Assembly: GCA_050177605.1 (NCBI GenBank)
Contig: JBFXGX010000002.1
Span: 88,114 to 152,113, forward strand
Reading direction: 5' to 3'
DNA from: Candidatus Izemoplasmatales bacterium
GTDB lineage: Bacteria > Bacillota_I > Bacilli_A > Izemoplasmatales > Hujiaoplasmataceae
DNA: 64,000 nt
The notes under the pieces were generated by a model. That model had not been told where the DNA came from. It did not search any database and was given only the letters and a program-made list of their open reading frames with translations. Of the stretch, positions 1-9,419 are shown piece after piece. The stretch's first letter is position 1. Every line of letters starts with the position of its first letter. A program made the translations under genes and the position numbers.

Positions 1-1988
1 GGAAAGTTGCGGCTTCAAGTTCCACAACGTACACCTATGCACTTGATGATAATGGCCATTTTGTCCAAACACAAGATGCGTATTTACCTGGACAAACCAT
101 TACTGATTTAGGTCTAGACGGACCAACTGATATTGCGATTGATCAAAATGATAATCTCGTCATTGTAGATTCAGGAAACGCGAGAGTAATCGTATTTAAT
201 CCTGTTAGTGGGAGTATTGAATTAACCATTGCCTATAGCGAATTTGTCGCACCAACCGGAGTGTATGTTGTCAAAGAAGCATCGACCTATGTTGGACTTG
301 GCGATATTTATGTAGCTGACCCAAGTGCAGGAAAAGTATTCCATTTTGATTCGCTTGGTAATTTAGTTGAGTCATTCTCAAAACCAGTCAGTGTGATGTA
401 TGAAACAAGTGAATTCCAACCTGAACAAATCGCGGTTGATAAAGCGGGTATTATGTATATCATTTCGAAAGGATCTTCGGATGGTATCATTCAGTTATCA
501 AACACAGGTGAGTTCTTAGGTTTCTTTAGTTCGAATCAAGTTGTTCTTTCTTTAACTGAACAATTTCAACAATTAATCTACACGGACGCACAACTCGAAA
601 ATCTTGGCATCAATTTGATTCCACCAGTTTTTACAAGTGTATTTATTGATCAATCAGGATATGTCTATTCAAGTTCTTCTGGTAGTAATGTTGATAATAT
701 TAAAAAACATAATACCCAAGGTACGAACATGTTTTCCGATATCTTTGAAGCGACAACACAGTTATCCGATATTTATGTTGATGACCAAGGAATTATTTAT
801 ACAGCCGATCAATTAGGTTTTATCTCTGTCTATACGAATGACGGTGAATTTATTTATTCGTTTGGAACCATCAATGATGTTTCAGTTGCGGGATTCTTTA
901 AATCTCTAGCTGGTATCGCGGTTACTGATGGTGGAACCATTTGGACTGTCGATTCAGGAAATTCGTATTTACAATCCTTCAATCCAACTGAATACGCTAC
1001 GACGATTTATGATGCGATTGAAAATTATAACAATACCCATTATGAAGAAGCCATTGCTTTATGGACAGAAGTATTAAGTCTAAATCAATTATCCATCTTG
1101 GCACATAATGGTATTGCGAAGAACTATTTATTAATCGAAGAGTATCAATTAGCTGCGGATCATTTTAAAATTGCTGGAAACAGAGAATTATATAGTGAGG
1201 CTTACTGGGAAATTCGTAATATTTGGTTACAACAAAATTTAATCATTGTCATTGGACTTGCTTTGCTTTTAACGATTATTTATTTCGTGACAAAAGCAGT
1301 TGATAAGAAAACAGCGTTTTTAGAACCTGTTCGTAAAATGCTCGGGAAGGTATCCAATGTAAAAGTGATTAATGATGTGCTCTATATGAAGACGGTATCC
1401 AGAAAATTTGGGGATTCGTTCTATTACTTGAAAGCAAAACGAAAGGGATCCTATCTTGGTGCATTCATTATTTTAGCGATTACTTTCGCTGCATATATGT
1501 TATTCGTTGCAGGAAAAGGATTTATTTTCCAATATACAGACATTAAAGATATCGACTTAAATTCGACTATCCTTGGATTCGTTGTATTAATTGGTTTATT
1601 TATACTTTGTTCGTATTTAGTAACATCGATTCAAGATGGTGAAGGAACACTCGGCGACATCTTTAAAGGATTTGCTTATTCTATGTATCCATTTATTCTT
1701 GGATGTTTCTTCTCGACGGTTTTCTCTTACGTTGCGACAAATAACGAAGTGTTTATCTTGAATTTAATCTTCTATATTGGACTCGCATGGACATTTGTGC
1801 TTGTCTTTGTGTCCATCAGTGAAATTCAAAATTATACTTTCTGGCAAACGATTAAAAGTATTTTATTAACGATTTTATTTGTTCTTGTTATTTTACTTGT
1901 TATCTCTTTCGTACAAATGACTATTGGACAATTATTCTCATTCTTAGAAGAATTCATCAAGGAGGCGATTAGAAATGTTTTCAATTAA
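1..1988 (+). CDS. NHL-repeat beta-propeller / TPR / YIP1-like membrane protein (5'-truncated by window edge)
   Basis: The frame of ORF 261..1988 stays open back to the window start (KVAASSSTTYTYALDDNGHFVQTQDAYLP). It has NHL-like repeats (PTDIAIDQNDNLVIVDSGN, PEQIAVDKAGIMY), a TPR-like segment (YEEAIALWTEVL) and a C-terminal multi-TM YIP1-like region. Confidence 0.8.
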   Translation, partial: KVAASSSTTYTYALDDNGHFVQTQDAYLPGQTITDLGLDGPTDIAIDQNDNLVIVDSGNARVIVFNPVSGSIELTIAYSEFVAPTGVYVVKEASTYVGLGDIYVADPSAGKVFHFDSLGNLVESFSKPVSVMYETSEFQPEQIAVDKAGIMYIISKGSSDGIIQLSNTGEFLGFFSSNQVVLSLTEQFQQLIYTDAQLENLGINLIPPVFTSVFIDQSGYVYSSSSGSNVDNIKKHNTQGTNMFSDIFEATTQLSDIYVDDQGIIYTADQLGFISVYTNDGEFIYSFGTINDVSVAGFFKSLAGIAVTDGGTIWTVDSGNSYLQSFNPTEYATTIYDAIENYNNTHYEEAIALWTEVLSLNQLSILAHNGIAKNYLLIEEYQLAADHFKIAGNRELYSEAYWEIRNIWLQQNLIIVIGLALLLTIIYFVTKAVDKKTAFLEPVRKMLGKVSNVKVINDVLYMKTVSRKFGDSFYYLKAKRKGSYLGAFIILAITFAAYMLFVAGKGFIFQYTDIKDIDLNSTILGFVVLIGLFILCSYLVTSIQDGEGTLGDIFKGFAYSMYPFILGCFFSTVFSYVATNNEVFILNLIFYIGLAWTFVLVFVSISEIQNYTFWQTIKSILLTILFVLVILLVISFVQMTIGQLFSFLEEFIKEAIRNVFN

Positions 1989-4455
1989 AAAAATCTTGAT
2001 TGCATTCTTATTATTTGTCTTAATCACGCCAATCCTTGCGAATGCTAGTTATGTTTCTACGGGTCGTGATACCCAGGAAAATCCTGAAACGATTACGGAT
2101 ATCCCTGTAGAAGACTATGATGCACTAGGATATACTAAACTACAAGAGAATACGAATTATATTTTTTATTGGCAAGAAGCAAGAGACGTTTTGGTTATTC
2201 ATGATAAAAGAAATGGTTATACATGGAAAACTGGATTAGATGTTGACGCTGCAGATAATGAATCAGATCAATCTTCAGCATGTAAGACACTCAAAAGAAA
2301 CTATAACAATGATGCCATTACGTATGAAGAATTTGATGATGCATGTTCTTTAACAATTGATTCAATTACCGATACTACAACAGGGCCACTTTTAGCGAAC
2401 TCCTTATTAAGTTTTGATTATTTTTCTAAGGGCGCTAGTGATACCGTATATCAAACGAATACGGTTTATAGTTCTTATTTAAAAACAACGCTTTATAAAA
2501 TGACTTCAACACTTCAAAAAGTTGATAATAACAATAACATTTGGAAATTTACTGTATCGGCAAGCGAACTAGGCGTTGACGATAATTTAGACTTAACAAT
2601 TCCAGTTTATATGTACTTATCCGATCAAGGATTTGAACTTGAAATAAAACATGATGATATTACTGGTAGTGCTTTGCCTTATCTATCTTCAATTAGCTTA
2701 GCAACATTCTTAGGCGCTGTTGGTGGACTTGATTATCAATTCACTACTTCACCAAAAGATGGAGAAACGCTTGGAGATTATGATAGTTATCAAGTACAAG
2801 GGGATATGGTTGATGGTTATTCATTCGTACCGGATGGCAGTGGTGCATTAATTCGTTACCTTGATAACTCCGTATCTTTATCGAAATATCAAGCCTATGT
2901 CTATGGGACAGATGCTTCACAGTCAATTCAATCTTATCGTTCATGGACTGGAACATATGTACCATTTAAAACAGCTTCCATCCCAGTTTATGGCATGGCA
3001 CATGGAAATAATCAAGCTGCCTATGTAGCCTATGCTTCCAGTGGGGATCCATATATGTATATTATTTCGGTCCCAGAAGAAAATGTATACCATTATAACT
3101 ATACTTACGCGAAGTTTAATTATCACTATTTATATGAAAAACTCTATACACTCGACGGAGATAATCCTGTTTCATCCATCAGTCAAGATGAAAATGTGTT
3201 TGATATTCATATGCATTATGACTTCCTTCAAGGCGATGGAACAACAGATAATTATCCAGCAAACTACGTTGGCATGGCACTTAAATACAAAGATTTCTTG
3301 AAATCTGAAGGGATGTTAAATGATTATTCAACTACAAATGATGAAATTGGTATTCGTCTAGACTTCTTAATGGCGGACACAGAAAGTTCTATTGTAGGGT
3401 TTACAACACAAGTAGCTACGACTTCAAGTGATGTAGAAAAAATCTTAAATAAAGTATACAGTGAAGGAATTACCAATATTTCCAGTGGACTGATTGGATG
3501 GCAGAAGTATGGAGTGACCCTCGGTAACCCGACAAAAGCCGTTTTTACAAGTTCAATTGGATCGAAAACGGATTACAAAAATTTGATTTCGTCTTTCCTC
3601 GAAAAAGGTGTCGATATTTCCTTCTATCAAGATTACTATACAATTAATGAAGATCAAATCAGTTTATACCGAAATGCGTCGAAACATCCTGCGGGATGGT
3701 ATGGCAGAATCTTAACTTATGAAGATCCTGTTTCTGTCTTCTACTATGCAAGACCGATTAAATCAGTAGAATGGCTAAATAACCAAACTTCAACCTTTAT
3801 TGATATGGGTGTACGGAGTGTTACGATTGATGGAATGACTTCAAAATTAATCACAGATTATACCCTAGATACGACTTATCGAAGCGATGCAATTTCATTA
3901 TATCAAGCAGCGCTTGCCTCCTTAAGTCAAGATGTGCTTCTTAACCTAACAAAACCAAATATGTATTTATATCCTTACACAGATAGATATTTACAAATGA
4001 ATGTGTATTCAACACAGTATTTAATTGAAACTGATACGGTACCTTTCTTACAATTATTACTTCAAGGAACAATGGAACTTTATGCAATCTATTCGAATTT
4101 TTCATTCTATACGGATGCGGATGTTTTAAGAATGATCGATTATAATGTCTATCCTTCATTCGTCCTAACAAATGAAGCTTCCTATGTATTAGCTGATACG
4201 AATTCAAGCGAATATTATTCTACTGAATTTGCTCTATATGATGAATTAATTCAATCGATTTATTTCAGAGTAAATGCGGCTTTATCCCCAGTGATTAATG
4301 CAACATGGACGAACCGTGAAGTGGTTCGTACAGGGGTTATTCGTAATACCTACGATAATGGTGTCGAAATTTTAATTAACTATACTGATACAGCACAATC
4401 TGTAAACGGCGAAACGATTCCTGCGGGATCCTTCGTAGTTTTAGGAGGTGAATAG
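1975..4455 (+). CDS. Secreted DUF5696-like protein of a carbohydrate-uptake locus
   Basis: Signal peptide (ILANA); motifs VPDGSGALI, GWQKYG and PFLQLLLQG; C-terminal NTYDNGVEILINYT. RBS AAGGAGG. Lies between the NHL/YIP1 gene and the ABC permeases. Confidence 0.7.
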   Translation: MFSIKKILIAFLLFVLITPILANASYVSTGRDTQENPETITDIPVEDYDALGYTKLQENTNYIFYWQEARDVLVIHDKRNGYTWKTGLDVDAADNESDQSSACKTLKRNYNNDAITYEEFDDACSLTIDSITDTTTGPLLANSLLSFDYFSKGASDTVYQTNTVYSSYLKTTLYKMTSTLQKVDNNNNIWKFTVSASELGVDDNLDLTIPVYMYLSDQGFELEIKHDDITGSALPYLSSISLATFLGAVGGLDYQFTTSPKDGETLGDYDSYQVQGDMVDGYSFVPDGSGALIRYLDNSVSLSKYQAYVYGTDASQSIQSYRSWTGTYVPFKTASIPVYGMAHGNNQAAYVAYASSGDPYMYIISVPEENVYHYNYTYAKFNYHYLYEKLYTLDGDNPVSSISQDENVFDIHMHYDFLQGDGTTDNYPANYVGMALKYKDFLKSEGMLNDYSTTNDEIGIRLDFLMADTESSIVGFTTQVATTSSDVEKILNKVYSEGITNISSGLIGWQKYGVTLGNPTKAVFTSSIGSKTDYKNLISSFLEKGVDISFYQDYYTINEDQISLYRNASKHPAGWYGRILTYEDPVSVFYYARPIKSVEWLNNQTSTFIDMGVRSVTIDGMTSKLITDYTLDTTYRSDAISLYQAALASLSQDVLLNLTKPNMYLYPYTDRYLQMNVYSTQYLIETDTVPFLQLLLQGTMELYAIYSNFSFYTDADVLRMIDYNVYPSFVLTNEASYVLADTNSSEYYSTEFALYDELIQSIYFRVNAALSPVINATWTNREVVRTGVIRNTYDNGVEILINYTDTAQSVNGETIPAGSFVVLGGE

Positions 4456-4456
4456 T

Positions 4457-5428
4457 ATGGCGAAAAAATCAATGGTGAAAAAGCTCACCAGCACTTCAAC
4501 AATTGAAAATCAAAATGGGATTGCCTATCTATTCTTAGCACCTTGGTTGATTGGATTTTTAACTTTTGTGATTTATCCGTTCTTTAAAACAATTTACAAT
4601 ACGGCATTCAAGATTACGACGGAAGCAGGAGAACTTGTTTATGTTTATAATCTCGGAGACCATGCAGGAAACTTTGGTACAGCGTTAAGAAATCTCTATT
4701 TCTTCCCGCAACTCCTTGACTTTATTATCATGGAGATTACCTATGTTCCAACAATTATTATCGTGGCTTTCATTTTGGCGCTTCTTTTAAATACGGGTGC
4801 GAAAGGACAAAGTACGTTTCGGTTAATCTATTTCTTCCCAGTCATCATTATGTCCGGCCCAGTCGCAGGAATCTTAAAATATAATGGTGCAGGTAGTTTG
4901 TTTGATTATATCAACAACATAATCTTTAAAATGCTTGTCTCTTATTCCCATCGTCTTGCGGAAGCCTTATCTGGCTTATTCGCAAACTTTACGATGGTGT
5001 TATGGTTCACAGGCATTCCAATCATTTTATTCATTAATGCACTACAAAAAATCAATACAAATCTTTACGAAGCCGCTAAGATTGATGGTGCATCCAATTG
5101 GCAGATACTTTGGAAAATTAAAGTTCCAATTGTAAAATCTACCGGATTCATTGTCAGCGTCTTTACAATCGTTCAGTTAGGGGCTTATTCCCTTAATCCA
5201 ATTTATCAAACGATTAAGAATTCGATTTATGACACCGCTGCTGGTATTGGACTTGCTTCGACGTTTGCATTTATTTATACTTTTGTTGTTTTCTTACTGG
5301 TCGGGATTGCATATTTGTTACTTGGAAGACAATCCAAAACAAAAGAACTCAAATTATCATCCTTACAACGTGCTAGACTGGAAGCTGTTCAAAAGAAACG
5401 TCAACAGTTTGAAAGGAGAGCGAAATAA
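4457..5428 (+). CDS. Carbohydrate ABC transporter permease (MalF/UgpA-like)
   Basis: YLFLAPWLIGFL N-terminus, EAA loop LYEAAKIDGAS, multiple TM helices; ATG at 4457 after GGAGGT. Confidence 0.9.
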   Translation: MAKKSMVKKLTSTSTIENQNGIAYLFLAPWLIGFLTFVIYPFFKTIYNTAFKITTEAGELVYVYNLGDHAGNFGTALRNLYFFPQLLDFIIMEITYVPTIIIVAFILALLLNTGAKGQSTFRLIYFFPVIIMSGPVAGILKYNGAGSLFDYINNIIFKMLVSYSHRLAEALSGLFANFTMVLWFTGIPIILFINALQKINTNLYEAAKIDGASNWQILWKIKVPIVKSTGFIVSVFTIVQLGAYSLNPIYQTIKNSIYDTAAGIGLASTFAFIYTFVVFLLVGIAYLLLGRQSKTKELKLSSLQRARLEAVQKKRQQFERRAK

Positions 5429-5430
5429 TC

Positions 5431-6435
5431 ATGAAAGAACTCACCTTAAAACTAAAAGCATTTTTTGAAAAGATACCTGGTAAAATAGCAGGATTAAAAG
5501 AGTATTATCGTACTCATAAAATGAGAATTAATCATTTAATTTCGCAAATCGCTGTTTACGTATTTTTAATTACAATTTCTTATATTTTTATCTATCCAAT
5601 CATGAAGATGGTTTCGATATCCTTTATGTCTTCAAGTGACCTTGTGAATCCTGAGGTTATATGGATACCTAAACAATTTACTTTCGTCAATTATAAAGTC
5701 GCGTGGACGGTGCTGAATGGAAGTGTGTCCTTACCGAATTCAATCAAGTATTCAACTTTACTTGCAGTGTTCCAAACACTCGTATCTGCTTTAACAGGTT
5801 TTGCTTTTGCACGATATGAATTCTTCGGTAAAAAAGCATTATATGGCATTTTGTTATTCTCATTCATCATTCCAATTCCAATTCTTTTAATTACACAATA
5901 CAATATGTTTTCAACAGTATATACAGCGCTCGGATGGATTGGTGCTGGTAAAGGGTTAAATACGTATACATCACAAATCATTATGGCTTTCTTTGGTCAA
6001 GGTGTGAATAGTGCCATTTTAATCTTAATCTTTATCAACTTCTTTAAAATGATACCGGCTGATTTATACGAGGCAGGAAAGATTGATGGGGCTTCTCCAC
6101 TTCAATTATTCTGGCATATCACGATTAAACTAAGTCTTTCAACCATCGTCGTTGTATTCCTCTTTTCATTTGTATGGAACTGGAATGAATCTTACGTTAC
6201 TGAATTCTTTGTCGGGGATGGTGTTGATTTATTTACGAACCAATTAGGCAAATTTGATTCTTTATTTGGTACGCGTGTTTCAGATGCTAGACAAGAAGGG
6301 GATGCAGTACAACTTGTGGAAAGCTATAAGATGGCTGCGACTGTAGTAAGTATTATCCCATTATTAATCATTTATTTTATCGGACAAAAATCGTTCGTTG
6401 AAGGTATTGAAAAAACAGGTATTACTGGAGAATAA
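5431..6435 (+). CDS. Carbohydrate ABC transporter permease (MalG/UgpE-like)
   Basis: EAA loop LYEAGKIDGAS, FVWNWNE, C-terminal QKSFVEGIEKTGITGE. Confidence 0.9.
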   Translation: MKELTLKLKAFFEKIPGKIAGLKEYYRTHKMRINHLISQIAVYVFLITISYIFIYPIMKMVSISFMSSSDLVNPEVIWIPKQFTFVNYKVAWTVLNGSVSLPNSIKYSTLLAVFQTLVSALTGFAFARYEFFGKKALYGILLFSFIIPIPILLITQYNMFSTVYTALGWIGAGKGLNTYTSQIIMAFFGQGVNSAILILIFINFFKMIPADLYEAGKIDGASPLQLFWHITIKLSLSTIVVVFLFSFVWNWNESYVTEFFVGDGVDLFTNQLGKFDSLFGTRVSDARQEGDAVQLVESYKMAATVVSIIPLLIIYFIGQKSFVEGIEKTGITGE

Positions 6436-6438
6436 ACA

Positions 6439-7347
6439 ATGAAAAAAACAATGATATTAGGGGTATTCATTCTCCTGAGTGTCATGTTCGTTGCTTGTGA
6501 TGAGGTCGTGACAACGACCTCTTCTTCACTTAGTGAGTCAACGACTACCACTTTGTCTGAAGTGACAACAGAAACAGATAGTTGTAAAGCGACGAATATG
6601 AGTTATGATTATAACAGTTTAAATTATAATCTTGTTTTTGCGGATGAATTTGACAAGGAAACAGGAACTCCTTCCATCAATAAATGGCGTTATCAAACGG
6701 GTGATGGTGGTTGGGGAAACAACGAATTACAATATTATACAGACGGTAATAATTCGATCATTGAAAATTATGAAATGGTGATTACCGCGCGAAAAGAAGA
6801 TATGGGAGATTCCCACTATACGAGTAGTCGGATGAACAGTATAAAAAGTTTTCTCTATGGTAAGTTCGAAATCAAAGCGAAACTTCCTGCCGGAAGTGGA
6901 ACTTGGCCAGCGATTTGGATGATGCCTTCTGCTAGTATGTATGGCGGTTGGCCAAACAGTGGTGAAATTGATATCATGGAACATGTAGGAACGGATATGA
7001 ATAAGATCCATTTCAGTGTTCATACTGAAAAATATTATTTCAAGATTAACACGCAAAAGACCTTTGTCGCAACCATCCCGAATGTATCGACGACCTACCA
7101 TGTATATGGTCTTGAATGGCTACCTGATAAGTTAATCTTTTCGGTTGATGGTACTCAATATTTCACCTATACGCCGACGGACTATGTTGCCTGTCCAACT
7201 TCGGCTGAGTGGCCATTTGATAGACCGTTCTATTTAATCCTCAATATTGCACTCGGTGGATGGGGCGGAACACCTTATACTGGTTTTGAAGAAGAATCGA
7301 TGTATATTGACTATGTCAGGGTGTATCAAGCAGATAATCTTTTTTAA
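6439..7347 (+). CDS. GH16 endo-beta-1,3-glucanase (laminarinase-like) lipoprotein
   Basis: Lipobox FVA-C, Ser/Thr linker, GWGNNELQYY, WPAIWMMP, catalytic motif GEIDIME. Confidence 0.9.
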   Translation: MKKTMILGVFILLSVMFVACDEVVTTTSSSLSESTTTTLSEVTTETDSCKATNMSYDYNSLNYNLVFADEFDKETGTPSINKWRYQTGDGGWGNNELQYYTDGNNSIIENYEMVITARKEDMGDSHYTSSRMNSIKSFLYGKFEIKAKLPAGSGTWPAIWMMPSASMYGGWPNSGEIDIMEHVGTDMNKIHFSVHTEKYYFKINTQKTFVATIPNVSTTYHVYGLEWLPDKLIFSVDGTQYFTYTPTDYVACPTSAEWPFDRPFYLILNIALGGWGGTPYTGFEEESMYIDYVRVYQADNLF

Positions 7348-7418
7348 AAAACACATAAACACATCACGAGAGTATGATATAATGTACTTAAAATAAAGGG
7401 AAGAATAGGTTGTGCCGT

Positions 7419-8090
7419 ATGGATTTACAACGAACAGAACTCAAGTTTTTATTAACTTTTGATGAATATCGAAAACTAAAGACTGAACTCGAAATGCTTT
7501 GTTCTCTTGATCCACATTCTGATCAACAAGAAGGCCATTATCATATTCAAAGTCTTTATTTTGATGACTTATATGATTCGAAAGTGATGGAAAAAGCAGA
7601 CGGGATTGAACTTCATACAAAATATCGAATTCGAACCTATAATAACGGTGGAATTCGTTTAGAGTATAAGACGAAATCTGGCAATTTAACAGCGAAACAA
7701 CAACTCTGGTTGACAAATGAATTAGTAGATGCTATTCTCAGTCAAAACTATGCAGTTTTATACCATCATTTAGACGATCCATTGGTTGAACAAATGCTGA
7801 TAAGAATGAAACTTGATCACTTAAAACCAAGTTTATATATTGATTATGATCGGGAAGCTTATTTGTACCCTGCTGGTGATACGCGAATCACTTTTGATAA
7901 AAATATCACAGTATCAACCTATGGTAGAGGCGAGTTCAAACGGAAAGTATTGGAGCCTGGACATTTGATTTTGGAAGTGAAGTATAATGCCGTTCTTCCT
8001 GATCGGATTGCTAAAGTGGTTTTTCACCGTAATTATCAAGTAATTTCGTATTCAAAATATTACATGGGTTGGGTATTAACCCAAATATAG
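7419..8090 (+). CDS. VTC-domain (polyphosphate polymerase / CYTH-TTM family) protein
   Basis: Motifs RTELKF, SLYFDD, KYRIRTY, LEYKTK, YDREAY, RITFD, ILEVKY and SYSKY; ATG at 7419. Extended -10 TGATATAAT lies just upstream. Confidence 0.85.
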   Translation: MDLQRTELKFLLTFDEYRKLKTELEMLCSLDPHSDQQEGHYHIQSLYFDDLYDSKVMEKADGIELHTKYRIRTYNNGGIRLEYKTKSGNLTAKQQLWLTNELVDAILSQNYAVLYHHLDDPLVEQMLIRMKLDHLKPSLYIDYDREAYLYPAGDTRITFDKNITVSTYGRGEFKRKVLEPGHLILEVKYNAVLPDRIAKVVFHRNYQVISYSKYYMGWVLTQI

Positions 8091-8106
8091 AAATGAGGAC
8101 TAATAA

Positions 8107-8778
8107 ATGATTACACTATCGATTCTGGATATGTTTGGTGAACTAGAGAGTTTAGACTTAACCATTCCGGAAATAATTCTTAATTTACTGATTGCACTTC
8201 TTATTAGTTTATGGGTTCTTTGGGTATACAAGAAAAGTTACCAAACCACCGTATACAATAAAAGTTTTTCAATGACTTTACCAATTTCAGCACTTGTCAC
8301 AACCATGGTCATTATGGCTGTGTCTAGTAACGTCATTTTGTCTCTAGGAATGGTTGGTGCGCTTTCGATTGTTAGATTCCGTACCGCAATTAAAAACCCA
8401 CTAGATACGATATTTATGTTCTGGGCAGTGGGTATTGGTATTACAGTTGGGGCAGATTCAAGCGTTTTAGCGATTATCGGTAGTATTGTCATTGGACTAG
8501 GTATTTTATTTGTTCAATCTCTTGAAATATTTACAACACCATACATTTTGATACTCACGCTGAAACAACCGTATGATACAACCTTGATTCAAAGTGAAGT
8601 GAAGAAAATTTATCCAAAATATCAACTTCGAAATCAATCGATGTTAAAAGATAAAGCTGAATTTACCTATGAAATTCGTGGAAAAAAATCAATAGAAACC
8701 ATGGTTGAACCTCTTAAAAATATTGAAGGTGTTGAACAAGTATTACTCCTTTCTTATAGAGGCGACTACGTTTTATAG
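8107..8778 (+). CDS. DUF4956-family membrane protein
   Basis: SLGMVGALSIVRFRTAIKNP signature, about 4 TM helices and a soluble C-terminal domain; follows the VTC gene. Confidence 0.85.
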   Translation: MITLSILDMFGELESLDLTIPEIILNLLIALLISLWVLWVYKKSYQTTVYNKSFSMTLPISALVTTMVIMAVSSNVILSLGMVGALSIVRFRTAIKNPLDTIFMFWAVGIGITVGADSSVLAIIGSIVIGLGILFVQSLEIFTTPYILILTLKQPYDTTLIQSEVKKIYPKYQLRNQSMLKDKAEFTYEIRGKKSIETMVEPLKNIEGVEQVLLLSYRGDYVL

Positions 8779-8795
8779 AAAGATAGGGATCATTG

Positions 8796-9338
8796 ATGTC
8801 TACAAAATACATCCTCTATTATAAGACAAACGAAAGCGATACTTTTATCGCTTTTCTTGGTTTATTAGAAGACGTTAAGATTGAAGAAATCAATCATCAA
8901 TTTTTGGTTTTATCGATTGAAAAAGAGGACTTTGATATCAATCAATTAAGGCAACTTTCTGCCGAAGAACTATATACAGATATGTCTTCATTTTTATTAC
9001 CAGTTAATGAATATCTCGATGTCGAGATGGTGATGTTATTATTACCAAAACTAGGGCTCGGATCATTCGATATTGCGGATTTAATCGCTATGATCGGAAA
9101 AACGCAAAATACCTATAAAGATTATTTTAAAGATTTATATGTGTCAATGTTTGGGTGGGAAACCATCGATTCAATCCTTGGTTTTGTCGAAAATGATTTA
9201 AATGCTTCAAAGACATCTAAAAATTTATATATGCATCGCAATACGCTGAATTACAGATTAGATCATTTTGAACAAAAATCAGGATTATTCATCCGTCATT
9301 TTAAAGGTGCATTTGCATTTTATCTCTTATTTAGTTAA
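8796..9338 (+). CDS. PucR/CdaR-family C-terminal HTH regulator (YxkF-like)
   Basis: C-terminal NASKTSKNLYMHRNTLNYRLDHFEQKSG is the PucR-type HTH; it sits directly upstream of msmX, as yxkF does in Bacillus subtilis. Confidence 0.8.
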   Translation: MSTKYILYYKTNESDTFIAFLGLLEDVKIEEINHQFLVLSIEKEDFDINQLRQLSAEELYTDMSSFLLPVNEYLDVEMVMLLLPKLGLGSFDIADLIAMIGKTQNTYKDYFKDLYVSMFGWETIDSILGFVENDLNASKTSKNLYMHRNTLNYRLDHFEQKSGLFIRHFKGAFAFYLLFS

Positions 9339-9342
9339 TCTT

Positions 9343-9386
9343 TGTGCAACTTGCATATAGGTTATCGATAGAGAAAGGATTATAAT
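9343..9386 (+). promoter_or_regulatory. msmX promoter (-10 TATAAT 9381-9386) with upstream imperfect palindrome
   Basis: TGTGCAA-C-TTGCATA at 9343-9357 (one mismatch); no good -35. Confidence 0.5.
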
Positions 9387-9419
9387 ATTTACGAAAACCA
9401 ATTTTAAGGAGGTATTACT

